From the NCBI GenBank assembly GCA_963832265.1, contig CAWHTN010000008.1:34527-98526 (forward strand): a stretch of DNA of 64,000 nt. Reading direction: 5' to 3'. Shown here in pieces: positions 17,748 through 27,987 of this stretch. Made by a program: the position numbers and the translations under genes. The first letter of the stretch is position 1. Each line of letters starts with the position of its first letter. The DNA comes from an uncultured Acidobacteriota bacterium (GTDB lineage: Bacteria > Acidobacteriota > Terriglobia > Acidiferrales > UBA7541). The notes under the pieces are model-generated. The model was given only the letters and a program-made list of their open reading frames with translations. It was not told the DNA's origin and searched no databases.

Positions 17748-18365
17748 ATGCCACATCTCATTGGCGTGCTGTTGTCGGGGCGCGGGTCGAATTTCGAGGC
17801 GCTGGCCGATAGCATTGCGGCCGGGCGAATCCCAGGCGCGGAAATTGCCCTCGTGATCAGCAACCGCGAAGGCGCGCCGGGTCTCGCGCGCTCGGCGGCG
17901 CGTGGAATCGCGTCGAAGGCGATTCCGTCGAAGGGACTGGCTCGCGAGGACTACGACCGGCTTGTTGTGGACGAGTTGCGGAAAGTGGGCGTTGAGATCG
18001 TATGCCTCGCGGGATTCATGCGGCTGCTCTCGCCTTATTTTGTGGCCGCGTATCCGCAGCGTATCCTGAATATTCATCCGTCGCTGCTGCCGTCGTTTCC
18101 CGGGCTCGAAGCGCAGCGGCAGGCGCTGGAATACGGCGTCAAATTCAGCGGCTGCACCGTGCATCTGGTGGATGAAAATCTGGACGCCGGGCCGATCCTC
18201 GCACAGGCCATCGTGCCGGTGCGCGAGGATGACACGGACGAAACGCTGTCCGCGCGCATCCTGGCCGAGGAGCACCGCATTTACACCGAAGCCGTGCGCC
18301 TGGTCCTTTCAGGGCGATATCGCATCGAGGGCCGCCGCGTGATTGCGCTCCGAAATCCGTCATGA
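17748..18365 (+). CDS. purN: Phosphoribosylglycinamide formyltransferase
   Basis: 205 aa. Motifs [36 protein letters not shown]. Confidence 0.92.
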   Translation: MPHLIGVLLSGRGSNFEALADSIAAGRIPGAEIALVISNREGAPGLARSAARGIASKAIPSKGLAREDYDRLVVDELRKVGVEIVCLAGFMRLLSPYFVAAYPQRILNIHPSLLPSFPGLEAQRQALEYGVKFSGCTVHLVDENLDAGPILAQAIVPVREDDTDETLSARILAEEHRIYTEAVRLVLSGRYRIEGRRVIALRNPS

Positions 18366-19672
18366 CCACGAAGCCACTATTCAAGCCCGTCGACGAACAG
18401 CTCGCCTACCTGCGCAAAGGCGCGGCGGAAATTATTCGCGAAGAGGACCTGCGCGCGAAGCTCGAAGCTTCTTTGAAAACCGGCAAACCGCTGCGCGTCA
18501 AGCTGGGCGTGGACCCAACGGCGCCCGACCTGCACCTCGGCCATACCGTGGTGCTGCGCAAGCTGAAACATTTCCAGGACCTGGGCCACACCGCGATTTT
18601 TCTGGTCGGCGATTTCACGGCGATGGTCGGCGACCCCACCGGGCAATCCGAGACGCGCCCGCCGCTGACGCGCGAACAAGTGGATGCCAATGCGAAGACG
18701 TATCTCGAACAGGTGTACAAAATCCTGAACCGGGAAAATACCGAGGTCCGTTACAACAGCGAGTGGCTCGGAAAACTATCGGGACACGATATGATTCACC
18801 TGTGCGCGCACTATCGCCTCGCGCGCATGCTTGAGCGTGAGGATTTTCGCTCGCGCCTGGCGGGCAATTTGCCCATCGCCATTCACGAGCTGCTCTACCC
18901 GCTGCTGCAAGCCTACGATTCGGTCGCGCTCCAAGCCGACGTCGAGTTGGGCGCCACCGAACAAAAATTCAACTTGCTCGTCGGCCGCGAAATTCAGCGC
19001 GAGTACGGCCAGGTTTCCCAAGTGGCATTGACCATGCCGATCCTCGTGGGACTGGACGGCCAGCGCAAGATGTCGAAGTCGCTGGGCAACTACGTGGGCA
19101 TCAGTGAAACGCCTTCGGACATGTTTGGCAAGCTGATGTCTCTCTCGGACGCGATGATGTGGCCCTACTTTGACCTCGTGACCGACCGCACGCCGGAGCA
19201 AATCGCCGCGCTTGCAGACGAAGTGAAGGCGGGCGCGAAGCATCCGATGGACGTGAAGATGTCGCTGGCGAAAGAAATCATCGCTGGATTTCACGGCGAG
19301 GCCGCGGCGGAAAAAGCGGCGGCGGAATTTCAGCGCGTTTTCCGCGATCGCGAGGCGCCGGACGAAGTAAGAGAAATCACCATCCAACGTTTAGGTCTCG
19401 GAGGTTTTCAATTGAAACAGCTGGATGACGAAATCGACCTGACGAGAGTACTATCAGTTTCCTCAACAGGAATTGAGAAGTGGACACGGTTCTTGTTCGA
19501 GTTGAAGCAAGTATCTTCAGCGTCTGAGGCTGAAAGAATCGTCAAGGGGCGCGGTTTTGAAGTTGACGGGAAAACTATAAGCGACCCCTCTGCAAAAATA
19601 GATTTGAACCAACCTGGCACTCACATGTTAAAAATTGGGAAGAAGAAATTCCTGCGCATCGTCATCGAATGA
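18362..19672 (+). CDS. tyrS: Tyrosine--tRNA ligase (type 2) with C-terminal S4-like domain
   Basis: HIGH-type motif DLHLGH, KMSKS present. ATGA overlap with purN. C-terminal [19 protein letters not shown] resembles an S4 domain. Confidence 0.92.
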   Translation: MTTKPLFKPVDEQLAYLRKGAAEIIREEDLRAKLEASLKTGKPLRVKLGVDPTAPDLHLGHTVVLRKLKHFQDLGHTAIFLVGDFTAMVGDPTGQSETRPPLTREQVDANAKTYLEQVYKILNRENTEVRYNSEWLGKLSGHDMIHLCAHYRLARMLEREDFRSRLAGNLPIAIHELLYPLLQAYDSVALQADVELGATEQKFNLLVGREIQREYGQVSQVALTMPILVGLDGQRKMSKSLGNYVGISETPSDMFGKLMSLSDAMMWPYFDLVTDRTPEQIAALADEVKAGAKHPMDVKMSLAKEIIAGFHGEAAAEKAAAEFQRVFRDREAPDEVREITIQRLGLGGFQLKQLDDEIDLTRVLSVSSTGIEKWTRFLFELKQVSSASEAERIVKGRGFEVDGKTISDPSAKIDLNQPGTHMLKIGKKKFLRIVIE

Positions 19673-19691
19673 ATCGCCGCGGGCCGATTTG

Positions 19692-19789
19692 GTAGCACAG
19701 ACTTCAGTCTGTGGGTTTCCATTTGATCTTGGCTGGCGCGCACGGCCTGGGTTCACCGGCGGACCCCCACAGGCTGAAGTCTGTGCTAC
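19692..19789. repeat. REP doublet class A
   Basis: GTAGCACAGACTTCAGTCTGTGGG (19692-19715) / CCCACAGGCTGAAGTCTGTGCTAC (19766-19789). The spacer resembles that of 786-898. Confidence 0.85.
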
Positions 19790-19852
19790 TCGATGCTTGC
19801 CATGCGCGGCGGAACAGAACAAAATAGGCGCGTCCAGCAGGGAGTATACCGA

Positions 19853-20143
19853 ATGTCGAATCGCGTGAAAGTGGAGATTTACGGACAGAGCTACACCTTG
19901 GGCGGCGATTTGGACGAAGCCTACGTCCAGAAACTGGCGCGCTACGTGGACGAAAAAATGATTGCCGTTGCCGAAGCGACGCAAACGGTGGATTCCGTGC
20001 GCGTTGCCGTGCTGGCGGCCATGGCGATTGCCGACGAACTCCATTCACGCCAACAGGATACCGGCCACCGCGACGACGCGCTCCGCGAGCGCGCGCAGCA
20101 GTGCCTGACCATCCTGGAACGTGCCTTGAAGCAGACCGCGTAG
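19853..20143 (+). CDS. zapA: Cell division protein ZapA
   Basis: 96 aa. VKVEIYGQSYTLGGD...YVQKLARYVDEKM...LAAMAIADEL is the typical ZapA pattern. Confidence 0.8.
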   Translation: MSNRVKVEIYGQSYTLGGDLDEAYVQKLARYVDEKMIAVAEATQTVDSVRVAVLAAMAIADELHSRQQDTGHRDDALRERAQQCLTILERALKQTA

Positions 20144-20167
20144 GACGGGCTTGAAGCCTGTTCCACC

Positions 20168-20563
20168 TCAGGGCTTTACCGAAACGTCGTAGTACGCGAT
20201 GGTGCCGCCTTCGCCGCGGATGGGGTCGATGCGCACGATTTCGAAACGGCCGTGGTTCAAGTCCTGCACATTTTTTTGGACCGTCTCATGAAGGTCGTGT
20301 TCCAGCTCCGGCGTGCGAGTCGGAGTCGCCAGCAAACGCGCATCGACGCGGTAGGTGGCGATTTGGCCTGGCGCCATGGTCCGCAATTCAACCAGTGCCG
20401 AGGCGGGGGGTGGGCCGACCGATGGCTGGTCCGTGTAGTGAATGACGAGCGGCGAGAAGAGGACGAACAGGACGATCCCGGCGACCGCGAGATCATACTG
20501 CCAGGTTCCCCGTTCGTAGGACCAGAACAGAACCCGCACGATGGCTCGCCAGAGCGTTCGCAT
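20168..20563 (-). CDS. Hypothetical membrane-anchored protein
   Basis: 131 aa with a single N-terminal TM (LAVAGIVLFVLFSPLVI). Last gene of the ABC operon. Confidence 0.5.
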   Translation of the reverse strand: MRTLWRAIVRVLFWSYERGTWQYDLAVAGIVLFVLFSPLVIHYTDQPSVGPPPASALVELRTMAPGQIATYRVDARLLATPTRTPELEHDLHETVQKNVQDLNHGRFEIVRIDPIRGEGGTIAYYDVSVKP

Positions 20564-20564
20564 G

Positions 20565-21311
<747 letters not shown>

Positions 21312-21357
21312 TTCTGACTAGGGCCGAGGCTGTCTCAGGCGACGGTTTTCAGGCCTT

Positions 21358-21422
21358 GTAGCGCCCGCCTTCAGGCGGGCATTTGCTAGCTTGCACGATG
21401 CCCGCCTGAAGGCGGGCGCTAC
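21358..21422. repeat. REP doublet class B (intra-operonic)
   Basis: GTAGCGCCCGCCTTCAGGCGGGC (21358-21380) / GCCCGCCTGAAGGCGGGCGCTAC (21400-21422). Confidence 0.85.
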
Positions 21423-21447
21423 AACAGTGTCTGAAATCCATTTTGAA

Positions 21448-22548
21448 CTAATCGTAGGAAAGGGCCTCGATGGCGTCCTTGCGGCTGGCGAGCCACGCGG
21501 GGTAACTCGCTCCCAGAAGGCCGCCCGCGAACGCAATCAGCGCGGAACGCACGATCCAATCGGGCGTAATCAGGATTGACAGCGTCGGAAACGAAGACAG
21601 AAAGACGGCCCGCCCGGTGTAGCTCATCGCAATCCCCACTCCGATGCCAATCACGCAGATGAGGGCCGATTCGCCGAGCAGCGCCCGAATGATATATCCC
21701 TTGGACGCGCCGATGGATTTCAGAACGCCGATGTCCCGCGTTCGCTCGATCACGGTGGTATACATCGAGAGCAGGATCACGAGGAAGCCGATCGACACGG
21801 CAAGCGCGATCATGCTTTCAATGAAGGCGTCGAGTCCCGGCAGATTCGAGGCGGTCATCAAGGACAGGAAATCCTTCAGGGGCCGAATTTCGTATCCCGT
21901 AAAGATGGAGCGCATCTCGTCCATCACGGCCTGCGTGTGGTCCGTGCGGGTGCACTTGATAAAGAAAATCGAGGCCTTGTCGCGCGAGCCGGAAAGGTCC
22001 TGCAAAGTCGCAAGGGGAACGAACAGGCGCGCGCCTTTGCCGTGTTCCACGATTCCGGCAACGTGAAAATCGTGGTCCAGCAGGCGGAAGGTGCTGTCCA
22101 CCGTGACGTGCTTGGCCTTCGCAGCCCAGTCATCGAGCAGGATATCGTCCGGCCCCTGCATGTCGTGGCCTTCCAGGAAAACGAATCCGCCCGAAACGTC
22201 GCGGAACGACTTCGGATCGATTCCGTAAATGATGTCCACGCCGCCGGAGGAACTGAATTGCAGCAGGACCGGAGCGACCGCCTGGACGTACCGGAGTTCG
22301 CGCAATTTGTCGGCAATCTTGATCGGCATGGGCGCCCCGCTGAATGCCAGAAAGACGGAAGCGGAGGGCGGCTGCAGCATGATGTCCGCGCCGATGCCTT
22401 CGATACGCTTGGCGGTCTCCTGCAGCAGGCCGCTGGTGAGCCCGACGATCAGGATGACGAGCGCCACTTCCACTCCGACGGCGATGACGCTCACGATGGT
22501 GCGAATCGGGCGGTGCAAAACATTATTCACAACCAATTGGCGAATCAT
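21448..22548 (-). CDS. ABC transporter permease, FtsX/MacB-type
   Basis: 366 aa: N-terminal TM, periplasmic domain, then a C-terminal FtsX-like 3-TM bundle (ERTRDIGVLKSIGASKGYI). Confidence 0.85.
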   Translation of the reverse strand: MIRQLVVNNVLHRPIRTIVSVIAVGVEVALVILIVGLTSGLLQETAKRIEGIGADIMLQPPSASVFLAFSGAPMPIKIADKLRELRYVQAVAPVLLQFSSSGGVDIIYGIDPKSFRDVSGGFVFLEGHDMQGPDDILLDDWAAKAKHVTVDSTFRLLDHDFHVAGIVEHGKGARLFVPLATLQDLSGSRDKASIFFIKCTRTDHTQAVMDEMRSIFTGYEIRPLKDFLSLMTASNLPGLDAFIESMIALAVSIGFLVILLSMYTTVIERTRDIGVLKSIGASKGYIIRALLGESALICVIGIGVGIAMSYTGRAVFLSSFPTLSILITPDWIVRSALIAFAGGLLGASYPAWLASRKDAIEALSYD

Positions 22549-23504
22549 TGTCGTGACACCGGTTGGGACCCCGATTGCGCTCCCGAAGGATCGTCGCTCA
22601 CGCGGACGAGGTCGGTGCCCTCGGGCTGCGCCAGTTCAAACTTGTCCGGCGAAATCGGTTCGTTCAGGGTGAGCTTCAGAATCTTGATCTCGAGTTTGTA
22701 ATCGTCCTGGGGGCGCCAGATATGGATGTCGCGCGCAAAACTCACCTGTTCCTTCGCGGGAGCGCCTTCGGCCGGGGGCGCAAGTTCCCAGTCCGAATAC
22801 TGGATGTCGGAATCGAGTTTTCCTCCCGCGCCGAACAGTTGGACGCGCGAGACTTTCAGATCGGTGCGGCTATACCAGACTTTCCTCGCGATTTCGAATT
22901 TTCCGCCTTCCGCCGGCCGTAGCAGGGTCAGGATGTAATAGCGGCTCACGCTGAAATCAAACTGCTCGAAGAGGACATTCGCGCTGGCTGAAAATTCCGG
23001 CCAGAACAACGCTTCGACGATATGTTGAGGGCGCAGATTTTCCAGGGGCTTTTTCGATGCACGGATGAGGGCCGTTGGCCCGACCAGAAACGAGTTCTTC
23101 GAGGGAATATAAATCCGGAATTCCTTGCCGTTGCTGACCATGTCGAAAATATTTTTGGCGACGACGGGAGCCTGCCCGATCACGCGCACAGTCGCGGGAC
23201 GCTGCGCCAGGATGAATCCGGGAACGTCATGGTATTCCTCAATGACGCCGCTGTAGGTCGTCCCCGTGCTGGGAATCAGATCCACCGTCGCCTGCAGGCT
23301 TTGCACGGCCCGCACCTGGTTGTTGTAGCTGGCCAGAAGATTCTCTTCGCTGGATTCCAGCTGAGGGCGGATTTCTTCCTTCTTGACCTCGGTCCTTCTC
23401 TTGATGGTGATACACCCTGCCGCTTGCATGGCCAAAAATGCAAGCAGCAGAACCCAGATTCGCGGATTTTTCCTCAGTGTTTCCTGCTCCCCCAGCACGA
23501 ACAT
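22545..23504 (-). CDS. Lipoprotein, LolA/LolB-like (DUF4292-like) fold suspected
   Basis: Lipobox QAAGC. 319 aa. 4-nt overlap with the permease gene. The fold assignment is a guess from context and beta-rich sequence. Confidence 0.45.
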   Translation of the reverse strand: MFVLGEQETLRKNPRIWVLLLAFLAMQAAGCITIKRRTEVKKEEIRPQLESSEENLLASYNNQVRAVQSLQATVDLIPSTGTTYSGVIEEYHDVPGFILAQRPATVRVIGQAPVVAKNIFDMVSNGKEFRIYIPSKNSFLVGPTALIRASKKPLENLRPQHIVEALFWPEFSASANVLFEQFDFSVSRYYILTLLRPAEGGKFEIARKVWYSRTDLKVSRVQLFGAGGKLDSDIQYSDWELAPPAEGAPAKEQVSFARDIHIWRPQDDYKLEIKILKLTLNEPISPDKFELAQPEGTDLVRVSDDPSGAQSGSQPVSRQ

Positions 23505-23552
23505 TCAATCTAACAACCGCTCCGAATGGTGTCAATTTGAAACGCCGGGTGG

Positions 23553-23627
23553 GTAGGACAGCCACTCTTGGCTGTCCGCTTTTGCCCCGCTAAGACTGCA
23601 CGAGACAGCCAAGAGTGGCTGTCCTAC
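23553..23627. repeat. REP doublet class C
   Basis: GTAGGACAGCCACTCTTGGCTGTCC (23553-23577) / GACAGCCAAGAGTGGCTGTCCTAC (23604-23627). Confidence 0.85.
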
Positions 23628-23820
23628 TGAACCCGCAAACTCACCATCGATCGCCCCCGGCCCTTTTCGCCGCATGCGGGATGAGTTACAGTTCCAGCAG
23701 GCAACACTTCGACACCGCATGGACGCCTGGGGGTCCGGGGAAATTTGGGGCCAGAAAAGCTACTGCCTCCGCTCTCGTGCCGGCCATCCGCAACGAAGAA
23801 AGGGGTTGGATTTCGATTCC

Positions 23821-25020
23821 ATGAGTTCGATCGCTGAAATGCACGTGGTTTCGCGGATTGCGGATGATCGCGACGAATTAGAACTCTCGGTCGTCATGCC
23901 CTGCCTGGATGAAGCGGCAACCGTGGGCATCTGCGTCAAAAAGGCGATCGACGCCCTGGAGCGGCACGGAATCCGAGGCGAAGTGATCGTCGCCGACAAT
24001 GGCAGCACCGACGGATCACAGCAAATTGCCAGCGACTTTGGCGCGCGCGTCGTCCCCGTGGAGAAGCGCGGTTACGGCAGCGCCCTGCAAGCCGGGATCG
24101 CCGCGGCGCGCGGACAGTTTGTCCTGATGGGCGATGCCGATGATACGTACGATTTCTCGCAACTGGACGAATTTGTAGCGAAACTCCGCGAAGGCTATGA
24201 CCTCGTGATGGGCAATCGTTTCCGGGGAAAAATCCTGCCGGGCGCGATGCCGGCTTTGCACCGCTATCTGGGGAATCCTGTTCTGACGGGATTGGGGCGG
24301 CTGTTCTTCAAAAGTCCCGTGGGGGATTTTCATTGCGGCCTCCGCGCGTTTCGCAAGGATGAGATCGAGCAGCTCGAGTTGCGGACACTGGGAATGGAAT
24401 TTGCGAGCGAAATGATCGTGAAGGCCACGGCCTTCGGTTTGCGCGTCACGGAAATCCCAACGACGCTTGCTCCCGACCGCAGGGACCGCGCGCCGCACCT
24501 CCGCACGTGGCGCGATGGATGGCGGCATCTGCGTTTTTTATTGTTGTACAGCCCGCGCTGGCTGTTTCTTTACCCGGGGATTGCCCTGGTCGCTTTTGGA
24601 ATGGTGGTAAGCGCGGCGCTTCTGCCGGGGCCGCGAAAGATCGGGAACGTTGTGTTTGATATTCACACGCTGCTGTTCGCGGCGATGGCAATTCTGATTG
24701 GGTTTCAGTCCGTGGTCTTCGCGACGTTCACCAAGATCTTTGCGATCTCGGAAGGCCTGCTGCCGGAAGACCCCCGCCTCACGCGGATGTTCCTCTACAT
24801 TACGCTGGAAGTCGGCCTCGTTGCCGGAGTCCTGCTGATCCTCGCCGGTTCCGGGGCGTGGATGCTGGGGCTAGAGTATTGGCGCATCCGCCAGTTCGGC
24901 CCGCTCGATCCCGAAAAAACGCTGCGTATCGTGATTCCGGGCGTGGTGTGTTTCACGCTGGGATTTCAGGTCGTCCTCTCCAGCTTCTTTCTCAGCGTTC
25001 TTGGGATGTCTCGCCGATGA
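23821..25020 (+). CDS. Family-2 glycosyltransferase with C-terminal transmembrane domain (polyprenol-phosphate sugar transferase-like)
   Basis: LSVVMPCLDEA, ADNGSTDGS and MGDADDTYD (DxD) motifs, then 4 predicted TM segments. Start ATG 23821. Confidence 0.8.
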   Translation: MSSIAEMHVVSRIADDRDELELSVVMPCLDEAATVGICVKKAIDALERHGIRGEVIVADNGSTDGSQQIASDFGARVVPVEKRGYGSALQAGIAAARGQFVLMGDADDTYDFSQLDEFVAKLREGYDLVMGNRFRGKILPGAMPALHRYLGNPVLTGLGRLFFKSPVGDFHCGLRAFRKDEIEQLELRTLGMEFASEMIVKATAFGLRVTEIPTTLAPDRRDRAPHLRTWRDGWRHLRFLLLYSPRWLFLYPGIALVAFGMVVSAALLPGPRKIGNVVFDIHTLLFAAMAILIGFQSVVFATFTKIFAISEGLLPEDPRLTRMFLYITLEVGLVAGVLLILAGSGAWMLGLEYWRIRQFGPLDPEKTLRIVIPGVVCFTLGFQVVLSSFFLSVLGMSRR

Positions 25021-25715
25021 ATGACGCGGAAGACCTCTTCGATCAGTACGCGGCCGCGTACGAGCAGGCGTTGTCGAATGCCATTGCGCCCTCCGGGGAA
25101 AGCCGCGAATATTTTGCCGAGGGCCGTGTGGCCTGGCTCAAGCGCTGCCTCGAGGAACGGAAGCAGCCGGCCGACTCGCTGCTGGACTTTGGGTGCGGCG
25201 ACGGCGCGACGACGCCACTGCTTTTCCAGGCGCTGAAAGCGAAATCCGCGGTCGGGGTGGACGTCTCCGCCAAATCGCTCGAGATCGCGCGGAAGCGCCA
25301 CGCCAGCGAGCGAATCCGCTACGAGTCCATCGGCGAATTTCAGGCCTCCGGCCAAATGGACCTTGCGTATTGCAACGGGGTGTTCCACCACATCCTGCCG
25401 GCACAGCGCGCGGCGGCGCTGGCGATGGTCCATCGAGCCTTGCGCGAAGGAGGCGTTTTTTCCTTCTGGGAAAATAATCCGTGGAGTCTGGCGACGCGCT
25501 ACGTCATGTCGCGTTGCGCGTTCGATCGCGACGCCATCCCGCTGTCTCCGCCGGAAGCGAGAGCGCTGTTGCGGGTCGGCGGCTTTGAAATCCTGCGCAC
25601 CGATTTTCGTTTCATTTTTCCACGAGCGTTGCGGGCATTCCGCAAGATCGAAGATTTTGTGTATCGCGCGCCCCTGGGCACGCAATATCAGGTCCTCTGC
25701 CGCAAGACCCACTAA
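25017..25715 (+). CDS. Class I SAM-dependent methyltransferase
   Basis: ATGA overlap with the upstream gene. Motif I LLDFGCGDG. Confidence 0.8.
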   Translation: MNDAEDLFDQYAAAYEQALSNAIAPSGESREYFAEGRVAWLKRCLEERKQPADSLLDFGCGDGATTPLLFQALKAKSAVGVDVSAKSLEIARKRHASERIRYESIGEFQASGQMDLAYCNGVFHHILPAQRAAALAMVHRALREGGVFSFWENNPWSLATRYVMSRCAFDRDAIPLSPPEARALLRVGGFEILRTDFRFIFPRALRAFRKIEDFVYRAPLGTQYQVLCRKTH

Positions 25716-25727
25716 CCAGACAGATGG

Positions 25728-26573
25728 TTATTGAGAATTTCCGGCCATGGCTTGCCCCGCCCGCAGGATTTGATCGCGCAGACGTTCGCGAGTGATCCCC
25801 AGCTTGTTCCTGCAAAACCATTCCAGGAAGAATCGCGCGGCCAGCGCAAAACAGAAGAGAAAAAGGGAGGCAACCAGCATGGCGAACGATTCACGCTCGA
25901 CCAGCAACGTCCAATTGATCGCTTCTTCCCAGGGCGGCCAGATGAAATTGAAAACTCCCCGCAGGCGCTTCCCGATCCATGGAATCCGCGTGAGACGCAA
26001 GTGCACGGTGCTCTCATACGTGTAGACCGCCGGATAGTTGGGGATGGATTGCGTTGCGGCCCGGAAAATGGCGGGGTCCTTCAGTTCCGTGCGGGTAGGA
26101 TAGCTCCCGTCCGGAAGACGTAAAACGAAATGGTATGAGGGATCAACCACGACCCAGCGATCGCCAACCAGGACTTCCACAACAACGTGTTTGCTGAGCC
26201 CGTATTGATCCAACAAAAGAAGCCGCCGCGCGTGCAGGCCGCTGCTCTGCGCAAGGTTGACGAACGCATTCGTCGCCGTGCCGCAGACTTGCAGAAGTTG
26301 TTTGATGTTGAGCGTTTCTTCCGGATTGCGTCCGGGCAGATCACCCGGGTCTGCAGCGCTGCGCCGCACGGGGCCATGAGCCATCCATTGCAATATCGCT
26401 TCGACTTTTTGCTCCGTGTCGTCGGAAGCAGGGATAATTGCGTCGGAAAAGCCCTTCAAATAGCTGCGCGTCGAGAATTCCCACCCAGCGCCGTAAAGAA
26501 CAGCCACAAGGGACGCGGCCAAGAGCACGTTGACGGCAAGCCAGCACGCCCGGATGATTGGATGCTTCTTCAT
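25728..26573 (-). CDS. Transglutaminase-like domain membrane protein
   Basis: N-terminal TM. The putative Cys-His-Asp core (QVCGTATNAF ... HVVVEVL ... VVVDPS) fits the transglutaminase-like cysteine protease fold. C-terminal TM. Confidence 0.6.
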   Translation of the reverse strand: MKKHPIIRACWLAVNVLLAASLVAVLYGAGWEFSTRSYLKGFSDAIIPASDDTEQKVEAILQWMAHGPVRRSAADPGDLPGRNPEETLNIKQLLQVCGTATNAFVNLAQSSGLHARRLLLLDQYGLSKHVVVEVLVGDRWVVVDPSYHFVLRLPDGSYPTRTELKDPAIFRAATQSIPNYPAVYTYESTVHLRLTRIPWIGKRLRGVFNFIWPPWEEAINWTLLVERESFAMLVASLFLFCFALAARFFLEWFCRNKLGITRERLRDQILRAGQAMAGNSQ

Positions 26574-27775
26574 GCGTCGCGCCGCTCCGCGATCAGTTCC
26601 CGGTACAGAGTTTCCATTTGAGCGAGCGGCTCAGCCCAGCTGAGCGAGTTCGCCACCCCCTGGCAACCTCCGCGCAAACGCGCGGCGAGCGCCCGGTCAT
26701 CCAAAATCCGTGCCAGTCCTGCCTCCAGCGCGGCGCAATCATGGGGCACGACGAGACCCGCGCGCTGGTCCACCATCGGCGCGATTCCGCAGCGATCGGT
26801 GACCAGAACAGGAGTTCCACACGCGACCGCTTCCGCGGCCGTATTGCCGAAATTCTCGTTTTGTGAAGGCAAAACAAACACGTCCGCGTCCCTGTAGGCC
26901 GCCCATTTGGCATCCCCATAAAGCGGGCCTGTGAATAAAACGCTGCCGTTCAACCCCATTTGCGCGGCGATTGCTTCCAGACGCTGGCGGAAACCATCCC
27001 CTTCGTCCGGCCCCGCCATAACCAGCACGGACCCGTGAGATCCATTTCCGCGCCGGTTCCAGTGAGAAAATGCCTCCAACATCAGATCCGGACTCTTCTT
27101 TGATACCAGACGCCCTAGAAACAGGACAAGTTTCACGTCTTTGGGGATGTGCCACTGATTCCGGAACGAGCCGGCGGGCGGAAACTGCCCAGGGATCTCA
27201 ATCCCGTTTCGGCGGACCACTATTTTGGAGTCTCCGATCCCGCCTTCCAGGAACTCCTGGCGCTCTTGCTCCGACGTCGCGATCACACGGCTGGCTCCCT
27301 GGAGCAGGCGGCCACCGAGGGTGTCGTGATAGAGGCGCTTGATCCAGATACTGCGTACAATTGGCAGGAACATGCCCATTGGTTCCACAATATATGGGCA
27401 GGCGATCCGGCGGCAAGCACCGGCGACGCGCGGTCCGACCAGGTCGTAGAGGCCATAAATGTGCGTAAGATCATAGCCGTCAAGCCGTTCGCGACAAAAC
27501 GCGGCGACGCCCGGGTTCCAGGTCAAGGAGCGATACCGGGCGCGCGTTCGAAGATAAATCGCTTCGACGCCGTTTTCCCTGGCCTCGAATCCCCAGCGTC
27601 CCGGAACCGCGCCCGTTATTTCCCGCTTCGCCGAGTCGAATCCCAGATCGGCGGTTAGGACTGTCACGGCATGGCCGGAGGATGCCAAACCGCGGGCGAG
27701 CGCCCTTACTTTGACCGTGGGACCTCCCATATCAAGAAAGGGGTAGTAGGATTGGGTCACATGCAAGAGGCGCAT
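26570..27775 (-). CDS. Glycosyltransferase family 4 (GT-B)
   Basis: MRLLHVTQSYYP...GGP N-terminus and the C-terminal E-x7-E-like region PSQNENFGNTAAEAVACGTPV. Confidence 0.85.
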   Translation of the reverse strand: MRLLHVTQSYYPFLDMGGPTVKVRALARGLASSGHAVTVLTADLGFDSAKREITGAVPGRWGFEARENGVEAIYLRTRARYRSLTWNPGVAAFCRERLDGYDLTHIYGLYDLVGPRVAGACRRIACPYIVEPMGMFLPIVRSIWIKRLYHDTLGGRLLQGASRVIATSEQERQEFLEGGIGDSKIVVRRNGIEIPGQFPPAGSFRNQWHIPKDVKLVLFLGRLVSKKSPDLMLEAFSHWNRRGNGSHGSVLVMAGPDEGDGFRQRLEAIAAQMGLNGSVLFTGPLYGDAKWAAYRDADVFVLPSQNENFGNTAAEAVACGTPVLVTDRCGIAPMVDQRAGLVVPHDCAALEAGLARILDDRALAARLRGGCQGVANSLSWAEPLAQMETLYRELIAERRDA

Positions 27776-27800
27776 AGGAACTTGAGTTTCAGACGTGCTT

Positions 27801-27871
27801 GTAGCGCCCGCCTTCAGGCGGGCATATTAGGCTCAAGCACATGCTCGTCCGCTGCGGCGGACGAGCGCTAC
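27801..27871. repeat. Hetero-REP doublet (class B hairpin + different hairpin ending GCTAC)
   Basis: GTAGCGCCCGCCTTCAGGCGGGC (27801-27823), then GCTCGTCCGCTGCGGCGGACGAGCGCTAC (27843-27871). Confidence 0.75.
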
Positions 27872-27987
27872 ACTCTGGCCCTGGGTTTGCTCAATGGGCT
27901 ATATAGCCAGGGAAAAGATTCTAAAGGGCCTTCCCCTGCCGCGAATTATACTCCCGCGAGCCGCCTTCCGATGGGACGCTCGTCAAT

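Noticed and set aside
20144-20167. 6S RNA (ssrS) downstream of zapA, as in the E. coli zapA-ssrS arrangement
   Set aside because: Only 24 nt separate zapA from the convergent gene, and a short REP-like hairpin fills them. There is no room for a ~180-nt RNA.
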